DNA of 38,174 nucleotides from a virus (lineage: Duplodnaviria; Caudoviricetes): IMG/VR virus record IMGVR_UViG_3300044591_000931, positions 1 through 38,174 of that record. The stretch is one strand, 5' to 3'. Positions 12,001-19,048 of this stretch are shown piece by piece (position 1 is the stretch's first letter; each line of letters begins with the position of its first letter). Made by a program: the position numbers and the translations under genes. Under the pieces are notes generated by a model. The model saw only the letters and a program-made list of their open reading frames with translations. It made no database searches and had not been told where the DNA came from.

Positions 12001-12195
12001 CCAAATACGTTTATTGGGTTTGAGTTCCGTCCATCTCTAGATGAGAATAGAATCAGTTATATCGAAAACGGTATTTCATATCCTATCGGTGGAACATTCA
12101 AAAATTTCCAAATCAAAGTGTGCTTGATTACTAGTGATGAATCATTGATTCCTAGAGTCAAGAACCTTAGAATCAGTGCTATCCCAGAGGGTTGA
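9004..12195 (+). CDS. VrlC/DUF4815-like virion structural protein, C-terminal part
   Basis: Motifs 'VPYIRGREIEF..NLKP', 'AQTFF', 'TSIDLFF', 'TKFTFDDPVYL', 'QPYAGSFFRSQNSSTWTPYQNQDLMF' and terminal 'FQIKV...PRVKNLRISA'. Confidence 0.8.
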   Translation: MAITTQTGKVVVDTNLVPYIRGREIEFVANNLKPYKISRIFFDDVAVNGFCQAGNRVLIDAKKIVEVDRNNAAQVYPGDILWQGTSATVNTFNGLVQSYDSTNRTVTIRQLDGDLDENAQLYFQNSRTTITYSNSNVVSVVDSDTADRYYAGEGVISPQLGNAYATVISTSGPNLLYLKQNYVNANVFPVGVALSVVATKYKPGDIVYQTSDGAQRYDLATFRGIVRYFHATGQGMIAIEPIQGSFTQNSSNTDPCKIWNATLPSAEALYANKVHSLTFSSGNTIQSIQNVAVNIAVSSYIHRSGVIANTYGATDFIHVNSNNGNNPSNANLIYFVSGTGVGEVKRVSGINGANLTLNSALSFSPDSTTKYSIGNHDVDTYGTVAGLFHIPSYSGFKFKTGNRLFTITDTARYNDPDYGMRASATYAASGILQTTQRIQTTPVLPPVAETEGSSLVVPASPSDRPAVGTPVKPPVSGSSASTIPRIPLGDGMAQTFFTPKPNSNKQDYGIYCTSIDLFFKSKPSVATYFKNSKTITRGSLQLPVTVKIAEVQNGYPTKNYLASKSVSTKDVHVSDIPNINDPMTATKFTFDDPVYLEPNREYAILVGSDSPDYELFIAELGTDVLGSSTTTTVRISEQPYAGSFFRSQNSSTWTPYQNQDLMFVLNKAVFDTSGVVTFALDAPPIANIDLDRVMLTSADLKFPAGLVDYSLKGVYSATLAQETNGIDLDPFKTVEFGTLSDKSSKNSINRRRLVQGNANSFILTAEMSSTDADVSPIVNIERLSLTAATFFINNAGLSNTKIAITNFGAKYICSNTTSADPLGSISVHGSTNNSVNTAAISFRNRCYPYPAYNVGLYALTISGGNGTGAAGFAVANTDGSNTISSIVLSHIGSGYTTTPTIAIQAPTFAGTTGGTTASAVASGEDGKSGGNILSKYITREIVLEDGFESGDLRVFMDAVRPTGTDILVYYKVLSGDDPERISDKSWKLMSKVKDNYSRNPNTFIGFEFRPSLDENRISYIENGISYPIGGTFKNFQIKVCLITSDESLIPRVKNLRISAIPEG

Positions 12196-12196
12196 T

Positions 12197-12424
12197 ATGA
12201 CAGAAAAGGCAAAGGTGAGTGACAATCTAAATTATGTCAAGGATTTGAATAATTTTGCTATCTTGAATACAAACAAATCTGCAGTCGCAAAGCATCAGCA
12301 AAAGATGGCTGAGTTGCGAAGAACAAAGATGGTCGAGGAAGAAATAAATAATTTGAAATCAGAAGTCTCTGATATCAAGTCTATGCTCAATCAAATACTA
12401 AAAGCGGTCGGCGGCGAGAAATAA
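12197..12424 (+). CDS. Small coiled-coil protein of the type commonly found after VrlC-like genes
   Basis: ATG at 12197 follows the upstream stop, with GAGG upstream. 'YVKD...AILNTN' followed by heptad 'EINNLKSEVSDIKSMLNQIL'. Confidence 0.7.
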   Translation: MTEKAKVSDNLNYVKDLNNFAILNTNKSAVAKHQQKMAELRRTKMVEEEINNLKSEVSDIKSMLNQILKAVGGEK

Positions 12425-12425
12425 C

Positions 12426-13634
12426 ATGGCAAATACAATAAATGTTTACCTAACAACGGTGTCAAATACGTTCAATCAGTGGCGTATCAACGACAACCTC
12501 ATGGCAAACGACGTGAACGAAATTTGTCGCGGCGACTTCGTCAAGCCTTTTGGCAACGTTGTCATCTCAGAGGGTTACGTTCGCATCGCTAACTCTGCTG
12601 GCGGTGTTATTCTTGACGTCAAAGACGATACGAATATCGATGGAACACTTACTGTCCATAACATAGAAGTAGACAATTCTACAAATCATGTTTATGTTGA
12701 CTGCGGTGATATTGAATTTAGAAGAATGGGCGAAACAGATCTATTCACAGTAAATACAAACACTGCATTCTATGGATCTAACATCACCTTCTCAAACGTT
12801 TCGCATGGTATCATAAACGTCAACGTTGTGAAAGTGTCAATCAATGCTGGTATTGTAAACATTGCAAATACAGAACAGTCCGCAACGCTAAACATTCACC
12901 CAAATACGTTTATCTTTGCAAATGTAAATGTTACTGGAACGTTGAACGTAACAAATAACGTATTTGCATATAATCTAAACGTTGCAAGTAATACATCAAC
13001 AGGTAATCTAATTGTTCGTAATCTTGCGAACATTGCTAATGCAAATATCATCAATGCGTATATTCGCACGTTGACTGTTGAAGACCCTATTCTTGCCCCA
13101 GCAGTGACCGATAGCGACAAATATGTTCTTCGATTCACTTCTTCTTCAGGTGGTGATGGATACTTCCGTGTTCGTCGCGGTCAAAGTGTTGGAACAGCAA
13201 ATGCTGATCTCCACTGGCATGAATCAGATGGTGCTTGGAAAATTGAATACAATAATCTTCCAGCCAACGTTGTCATGGGTAACGTCACTGCAAACTTCAA
13301 GGCAACTAAAGACTTTATCTCTTCAAGCACAGTATCAGGTGCAGTGAGCGTAGACTTGAGTTCATCAAATTGGTTCAAGTATACTCTCAATGGACCAACG
13401 ACGTTTACGTTTACCAATGCACCATCTAACGGTCTTGCAGTGACGTTCTCGCTTATTATCATCCAAGATGGAACTGGCGGAAGAACCTATACCTTTGCCA
13501 ATACTGTTTATTGGTCTGGTGGCGCAATTCCTCCAAAAACTACAGGATCAAGTAGTAAAGATCTTTGGACATTCACATCGTATGACGGCGGCTCAACGTA
13601 TGTTGGTACATTGGCAGTAAAAGACTTCAGATAA
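12426..13634 (+). CDS. Tail fibre / fibre carrier protein with an Asn/Val-rich beta shaft and a C-terminal adaptor domain
   Basis: N-terminal 'NTFNQWRINDN' fibre-anchor-like motif and beta-rich shaft. Its C-terminal ~100 aa are clearly paralogous to the C-terminus of 24226..30306. Confidence 0.7.
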   Translation: MANTINVYLTTVSNTFNQWRINDNLMANDVNEICRGDFVKPFGNVVISEGYVRIANSAGGVILDVKDDTNIDGTLTVHNIEVDNSTNHVYVDCGDIEFRRMGETDLFTVNTNTAFYGSNITFSNVSHGIINVNVVKVSINAGIVNIANTEQSATLNIHPNTFIFANVNVTGTLNVTNNVFAYNLNVASNTSTGNLIVRNLANIANANIINAYIRTLTVEDPILAPAVTDSDKYVLRFTSSSGGDGYFRVRRGQSVGTANADLHWHESDGAWKIEYNNLPANVVMGNVTANFKATKDFISSSTVSGAVSVDLSSSNWFKYTLNGPTTFTFTNAPSNGLAVTFSLIIIQDGTGGRTYTFANTVYWSGGAIPPKTTGSSSKDLWTFTSYDGGSTYVGTLAVKDFR

Positions 13635-13640
13635 GATACA

Positions 13641-15917
13641 ATGCCAAAACGTATTGATGAATTAGAAAAAACATGGACGGCAACTCGTGGGTCGACTGTG
13701 TTCAACACATATGGAAATATGTTTGTTCCATATGGAAGAAATCGTCTTTACGTTTCAGGTCGCGGTGGATCTGGTAACTGTCTAGTTCCTGGTAATATTG
13801 CAACTTATACAGGCAACAGCGCGGCATCATATAACTCTGGTGTTGCTGCAACATACAATCCAGGTTTTACTGCTTCCTATACTGGTAACAATGCCAATTA
13901 CAATTTTGGCAACCCAGCATCGTATACTGGAAATACTGAAATTCCAGCCAGCGGTGGTAATAACGCAATCTATAATCCTTGTGGCACTGGCTTCAATCCT
14001 GCAGTCATTGTGGGGTATAACTCAGGAAGCACAGGCGGCGCACAATACAATGCTGGCAACATCACAGGTTACAACACAACAAACATTGCTGGTTATAATA
14101 CTGGTGTTGGTACAAGTTATAACGCTGCAACTCCTGGCGGTTATAATACAAGAAACATTAGCGGATACAATGCTGGTAGTGCAACATATACCACAGGCAA
14201 CCCAGCAACATATGTTGGTGGCTCGAACAATATCACTGCCTATTCTGGCAATAGCGCAAACTATAATACTGGTAATCCTGCAACCTATAATGCAGGAAAT
14301 GTTGTAACAGTTCCAACTAATATATTTGGTGGAATGTCGCCAGTATATAATCCAGGTGGAATTGCAAACTACAATCCATCAACAGTAAATTGGTATGGTG
14401 TTATCGTTGAAACTTTCTTCGATGAAGGTTACTTTTATTATCAACAAATAGCATTTGAAGGAACAGGAACATCAGTTGGTTGCCCAACTGAATTTACAGC
14501 AGAAGCAGTCACGCCAAGCAACTTCCCAAACTTTCCTGGGTTTGTTGTTGGTGGTGGGCAAATGGTCTACTTCTATAATATATACTATGAGTGTTCTCCA
14601 GCAACGCCTGGAACTGCCAATTATAATCCAGGAACACTAGTTTATAATCCTGGAAACCCAGCATCATATAATGCAACAAATATTTCTGGATATAATCCAG
14701 GCTCAGCAAGTGCTTACAACGTCGGAACACCATCAACTTATAGCGGCAATTTTATCGGTGGATATACTGGTAATAATGCAAACTATAATACAGGTAATCC
14801 TTCAGGATTCACTGCTGGTAATGCAATCACTTATACTGATAATAATGCAAATTATAATCAAGGAAATGCAGTTTACAACGCTGGTAATATAAACAGCTTT
14901 GTTGGCAACTCAGCAGTCTTCACTCCAGGAAATCCATTTACTGATTGTTCGTTTGCAACAATCAATGGTTATAATCCTCCAGGCGCATCAACACCGAATT
15001 ACAATACAGGCAATCCAGCATCATTCACGCCAACTACTATTGGTGGCTTCAATGTGGGTAATGCTGTTTATAATGAGGGGGTTGGTGACTATAACACTGG
15101 AAACCCAGCAAGTTTTACTGGAAACTTCGCAGCAACGTTCAATGCTCCAGGAGAGCAGTTGTATAATACAGGAAATATTGCATCATATACTGGTAACACT
15201 GGAACAGGTGCGTATAATCCAGGTTCAATCGCAAACTATGTTGCAGGAAATATCTCCAGTTATACAGAAGGAAATCCAGCAAGTTATAGCGGAAATAATA
15301 TTTCTGGATATAATGCTGCTAACAATGCTAACTTTAGTCCTGGAGCTGCCACATATAATGCAGGTAATGTGGCAACTTATAATGCAGGATTTGCAGCAAC
15401 ATATAATGAACCAACAATTTCTGGTTATAACGCTCCAGCACCAAGTGGTGGTGGCGGTGGTGGATGTTGCTTCGCTGGTGACACGCTCATTGCAATGGCT
15501 GACGGTTCAACCAAGACCATTGAGACTATTCAAGTTGGAGATGAAATTTTATCTTACAATCCAGAAACAGGTCAGCACGAGACGAATGAAGTTTCAGAAA
15601 TCATTACTCGTGTGAATAGAGTCATGTTTGAGTATATCTTGGAAAATAGCGTTGCAATCAGAGCATCTGATGACCACCCATTCTTCGTTATCGGAAAGGG
15701 TTATGCTTCTATGAATCCAAATTTGACAATGCAAGGATATAGATCTTTGGAGGAAGTTGCGCAAGTTCAAGTTGGAGATAGTTTTGTAGACAAGAATGGT
15801 AATGCTATACGCATCAACGCAATTGTCTCAATCAACTATCCATATACAGTCTATACATTCAATAATAAGTATAAGTCTAGCCCAAATTTCTATGCTAATG
15901 GGGTTCTAACTTACTAA
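13641..15917 (+). CDS. YN-repeat fibre protein, N-terminal half, with a C-terminal Hint domain
   Basis: N-cap 'FVPYGRNRLYVSGRGGSGN' shared with 19049..21649; 7-8 aa repeats such as 'NPATYNAG'; ends in a Hint domain. Confidence 0.75.
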   Translation: MPKRIDELEKTWTATRGSTVFNTYGNMFVPYGRNRLYVSGRGGSGNCLVPGNIATYTGNSAASYNSGVAATYNPGFTASYTGNNANYNFGNPASYTGNTEIPASGGNNAIYNPCGTGFNPAVIVGYNSGSTGGAQYNAGNITGYNTTNIAGYNTGVGTSYNAATPGGYNTRNISGYNAGSATYTTGNPATYVGGSNNITAYSGNSANYNTGNPATYNAGNVVTVPTNIFGGMSPVYNPGGIANYNPSTVNWYGVIVETFFDEGYFYYQQIAFEGTGTSVGCPTEFTAEAVTPSNFPNFPGFVVGGGQMVYFYNIYYECSPATPGTANYNPGTLVYNPGNPASYNATNISGYNPGSASAYNVGTPSTYSGNFIGGYTGNNANYNTGNPSGFTAGNAITYTDNNANYNQGNAVYNAGNINSFVGNSAVFTPGNPFTDCSFATINGYNPPGASTPNYNTGNPASFTPTTIGGFNVGNAVYNEGVGDYNTGNPASFTGNFAATFNAPGEQLYNTGNIASYTGNTGTGAYNPGSIANYVAGNISSYTEGNPASYSGNNISGYNAANNANFSPGAATYNAGNVATYNAGFAATYNEPTISGYNAPAPSGGGGGGCCFAGDTLIAMADGSTKTIETIQVGDEILSYNPETGQHETNEVSEIITRVNRVMFEYILENSVAIRASDDHPFFVIGKGYASMNPNLTMQGYRSLEEVAQVQVGDSFVDKNGNAIRINAIVSINYPYTVYTFNNKYKSSPNFYANGVLTY
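15468..15914 (+). other. Hint (intein-like) autoprocessing domain, no endonuclease, lacking the terminal His-Asn
   Basis: Block A 'CFAGDTLIAMADGSTKTIETIQVGDEILSY', block B 'ASDDHPFF', block F/G 'VYTF...NFYANGVLTY*'. Confidence 0.88.
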
Positions 15918-17437
15918 TGTCTACTGAAATCTACTCACCAGGAAATCCTGCAACATACAATCCAAGCACTGGTGGAAACCTTTCAGGCTATAATACAGGT
16001 GTAGCATCATATACTGGCAATTTCATGACATACAATCCACCGTCAGGTGGTGGATTGGTTTATTGGAGCGCAACATTTTTTGTCAATGATAATGGATTTG
16101 CTCAAGTTTTTGAAGAAGATCCTGTTCAAATTGGATTTCAATATTATCCTCAATTATTGACAACGCCAACGCTGCCAAGCCCAACTACTGCTTATGGTAA
16201 TCCAGGAGCAGGTCCACATGCGGCTATTGGACTAAACATTTACATAACATATACCGCATTAGAGGGTGGTCCGCCGACACCAGGTAATTGGACTGGTGAT
16301 TATAATGCAGGATCTCTTGCAGGTTATAACGATAACACAGCAACTTACAATCCAGTATTGTCAGGTGGAAATCCTGCAACGTACAATCCACCAACAATCA
16401 CAGGCTATAATCCACCAGCATTTACACCAGGAAACGCAAACTATACGCCAGGAAACGTTGCGACATTCAATCCAACAAATATCGCAACTTATAATCCAGT
16501 AAATATTTCTGGTTATAACGAGCCAACAATCTCAGGATATAATCCTGCTGGTGGTGGTGTAAGTTGGGTTGGAACAACATACTATTCATTGGACTTGGTG
16601 AGTGGCGGTAACATTGGTTCTGGCTCTTTCACGACCAGCGGAAATAGCGCAAACTGCCCAACACCAACTAGTTTCTATGGTCCAATGCCAGGAACTCCTG
16701 AAGTTATTGAGTACAATATAACAAACTACGATTGCACTCCTCTACCAAGCGGCAGCGCTAATTATAATACTGGTGCTCCAGCAAGTTACATAGGAAACGT
16801 TGCGCTTTATAATCCTCCTTCAGTAGGAAATTATTCTGGTAATAGTGTAAATTACAATCCAGGTGTTGCTTCAACATATACTGGAAACTTCTCTGCAGGA
16901 TTTGCTGCAGGTGGTAACGTTGCATCATACAACACTGGTAATCCTGGAACATATAATCCAACAAATATTGGTGGATATTCTGGAAATACATTGGCTGGAT
17001 ACACAGGTAACAACGCAGGATATAATACAGGAAGCCCAGCATCTTATACTGGTAACAACATTGCTGGATACAACGCTGCACCACCTCCATCATATAATGT
17101 TGGAAATCCAGCGTCTTATACTTCTAACTTCGTTTCTGGTTACAATTCTGGTAATCCAGCAACGTATGTTGGCAACAATATCGCTTCATACTCTGGTAAC
17201 TTTGTCGCAACTTATAATCCTGGAAGCGCAAGCACGTATAACTTCCCAATCCCAGGAACTCCAGGAGAACCTGGATATGCGTTTGGTGTATACTTCCCAG
17301 GTGGTGGCGTTTGTGCTCCAGGCGTTTACGTCAATGAGCAAGAAGTCAGCTACTACTTTGAGAACCAAGAGATTGATTATCGCGATCACCCAATTGAAGT
17401 TCCTGCAGGTGGACAAATAGTTGTAAGAATCGAATAA
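15917..17437 (+). CDS. YN-repeat fibre protein, C-terminal half
   Basis: Start overlaps the upstream stop (TAATG). Same repeats. C-cap 'GVYFPGG...EVPAGGQIVVRIE' shared with 19049..21649. Confidence 0.75.
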   Translation: MSTEIYSPGNPATYNPSTGGNLSGYNTGVASYTGNFMTYNPPSGGGLVYWSATFFVNDNGFAQVFEEDPVQIGFQYYPQLLTTPTLPSPTTAYGNPGAGPHAAIGLNIYITYTALEGGPPTPGNWTGDYNAGSLAGYNDNTATYNPVLSGGNPATYNPPTITGYNPPAFTPGNANYTPGNVATFNPTNIATYNPVNISGYNEPTISGYNPAGGGVSWVGTTYYSLDLVSGGNIGSGSFTTSGNSANCPTPTSFYGPMPGTPEVIEYNITNYDCTPLPSGSANYNTGAPASYIGNVALYNPPSVGNYSGNSVNYNPGVASTYTGNFSAGFAAGGNVASYNTGNPGTYNPTNIGGYSGNTLAGYTGNNAGYNTGSPASYTGNNIAGYNAAPPPSYNVGNPASYTSNFVSGYNSGNPATYVGNNIASYSGNFVATYNPGSASTYNFPIPGTPGEPGYAFGVYFPGGGVCAPGVYVNEQEVSYYFENQEIDYRDHPIEVPAGGQIVVRIE

Positions 17438-17449
17438 ATAGGTTATACT
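17421..17449 (+). promoter_or_regulatory. Sigma70-like promoter TTGTAA-N17-TATACT with a late-promoter-like AATAAATA in the spacer
   Basis: TTGTAA 17421-17426, TATACT 17444-17449, AATAAATA 17433-17440. The same layout recurs at 21633-21661. Confidence 0.55.
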
Positions 17450-17476
17450 AGTTGATCATGTAAAGTGGAGTTCGTT

Positions 17477-18040
17477 ATGCCTCAAGTTATCAAATATAAT
17501 CGTGTTCTATCCAAATTCGCTGTCATATCGGACTTCTTGACACAAGAAGAAGTTGATGCTGTGACTTCTTTAGAAAAGAAACTAATGTTTTCTAAAGACC
17601 AGATAAATGGCAAGAATAAAGCAGACATCGCGATTCTCCCGCCAAATCAAGACACTCAGTGGCTTTTTGATAAGTTTTCTGCGTTGGTTGGTCGAATCAA
17701 TATCGATTTCTTCATGTACGATATTGATGGGTTTGATGCATTCGCATATACCAAATATAAGAAAGGGCAAGAATGTGGTTGGCATTACGATGTCGACTTT
17801 GCATTTCTAAATTGGGAACGTAAAATCTCGGCATCAATTATGCTCACAGACCCAGAAGAATATTTGGGCGGTGAGATTGAGATCATGGGCACGGGTGATC
17901 CTGGAGAAGTGATGCCAATCAAACCAAATTTGGGCAGCATAGTTTTCCATGCTCCATGGATGCCATCACGAATCACAACAGTCACTTCTGGAACGCGCAA
18001 GTCGTTGAACGTGTGGGTGATGGGAAAGAGAGGTTGCTAA
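17477..18040 (+). CDS. 2OG-Fe(II) oxygenase (prolyl-hydroxylase/PKHD-like), distal His replaced by Ser
   Basis: 'WHYD', 'RKISASIMLTDPEEYLGGE', 'MPSRITTVTSGTRKSLNVWVMG'. GGAG precedes ATG 17477. Confidence 0.85.
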   Translation: MPQVIKYNRVLSKFAVISDFLTQEEVDAVTSLEKKLMFSKDQINGKNKADIAILPPNQDTQWLFDKFSALVGRINIDFFMYDIDGFDAFAYTKYKKGQECGWHYDVDFAFLNWERKISASIMLTDPEEYLGGEIEIMGTGDPGEVMPIKPNLGSIVFHAPWMPSRITTVTSGTRKSLNVWVMGKRGC

Positions 18041-19002
18041 TGAAAATTTTTGTCAGTATTGTCTCGTACAGAGACCCACTTCTCCACCAAACTCTACGCA
18101 ATATGATGGAGATGCAATCTCAACTGACAAAAGTGACCTATGGCGTATTTGAACAAACTGACTACCCAGATAGTCTAGAGGCGAAGTATCCAGATCTTGC
18201 TCAAAATAAAAACGTTCGCTATAAAAGAATTGATGCCAAATATTCAGACGGAGTCGGTTGGGCAAGACATCTGAATTCAATTCAACTTGACGATGAAGAG
18301 TTCTATTATCAAGTCGACTCTCATATGCTATTTGATAAGAATTGGGATCGTTATTTGATCAATGATTTCAAACTTGGAATGCAGCAGCATCAAACCGATA
18401 GAATTATCATCGATGCAAATTGCGGCTCATTCAGAATGCAAGACGACGGTACTCCATTTATTGATCGTCATGGAAGCATTACAGTAAAGGCTGGATATTG
18501 GTCTTTCCACGATAACTATATTCTTGGTGCTCACGGCGAGTTTCGAGAGGCGACTAAAGATTTCTTACACCCAACAATTCACCTATTTGCTGGAAACTTT
18601 TTCACACATAGCGATTGGCTAAGAAATGTCGGAATGAATCCTCGCATCTTCTTTGAGGGTGAGGAGCAGTATATGACTCTTGCGTCTATCGCTGCAGGAT
18701 ATAAACTCTGCGCACCTACGCAGATTCATTGCTATCATCTAATCGACACGCATCGATATATCACGAAACAAGATGTAAGCCAAGTTGTTTCTCATGAACA
18801 ATTGCAGAGAAATAAAGAAAAGTCGAAGAAAGAATTTCGTATTTTCTTAGATAGTTTCAGCGATGATTTCTTCGAAGAATATCGAAAATACTCTGGCGTC
18901 GACTACATCAATCGAAAACTTGAGAATAGAGCCATCTCGAGAAGTATTCTTTTGCCTCCAGATGTCGTGAATGACTGGGAAATCCCCGACCGATACGATT
19001 GA
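18040..19002 (+). CDS. GlcNAc-transferase family glycosyltransferase (GT60 / Skp1-hydroxyproline GlcNAc transferase Gnt1-like)
   Basis: 'IFVSIVSYRDP', 'GVGWARH', 'EEFYYQVDSHMLFDKNWD', 'FEGEE'. Start is coupled to the oxygenase stop by TAATG. Confidence 0.8.
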   Translation: MKIFVSIVSYRDPLLHQTLRNMMEMQSQLTKVTYGVFEQTDYPDSLEAKYPDLAQNKNVRYKRIDAKYSDGVGWARHLNSIQLDDEEFYYQVDSHMLFDKNWDRYLINDFKLGMQQHQTDRIIIDANCGSFRMQDDGTPFIDRHGSITVKAGYWSFHDNYILGAHGEFREATKDFLHPTIHLFAGNFFTHSDWLRNVGMNPRIFFEGEEQYMTLASIAAGYKLCAPTQIHCYHLIDTHRYITKQDVSQVVSHEQLQRNKEKSKKEFRIFLDSFSDDFFEEYRKYSGVDYINRKLENRAISRSILLPPDVVNDWEIPDRYD

Positions 19003-19010
19003 TTCCGCAA

Positions 19011-19046
19011 ATACTAAATATCCAAACTAGCAATGGATTTTGGTAT
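19011..19046 (+). promoter_or_regulatory. Late-promoter variant ACTAAATA inside an RNA hairpin that covers the translation initiation region of 19049
   Basis: ACTAAATA 19013-19020. ATACTAAATATCCA (19011-19024) pairs with TGGATTTTGGTAT (19034-19046): 13 bp, one bulge, one G:U. Confidence 0.6.
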
Positions 19047-19048
19047 AG

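Noticed and set aside
15468-15917. Canonical mobile intein or homing endonuclease
   Set aside because: Only about 149 aa, with no LAGLIDADG or HNH motif, no terminal Asn and no in-frame C-extein.
15900-15930. Programmed frameshift or readthrough fusing the two YN ORFs
   Set aside because: No clear slippery heptamer. TAATG/TGATG overlaps also occur at 18040, 32639 and 35065, so ordinary translational coupling explains it. Not fully excluded.
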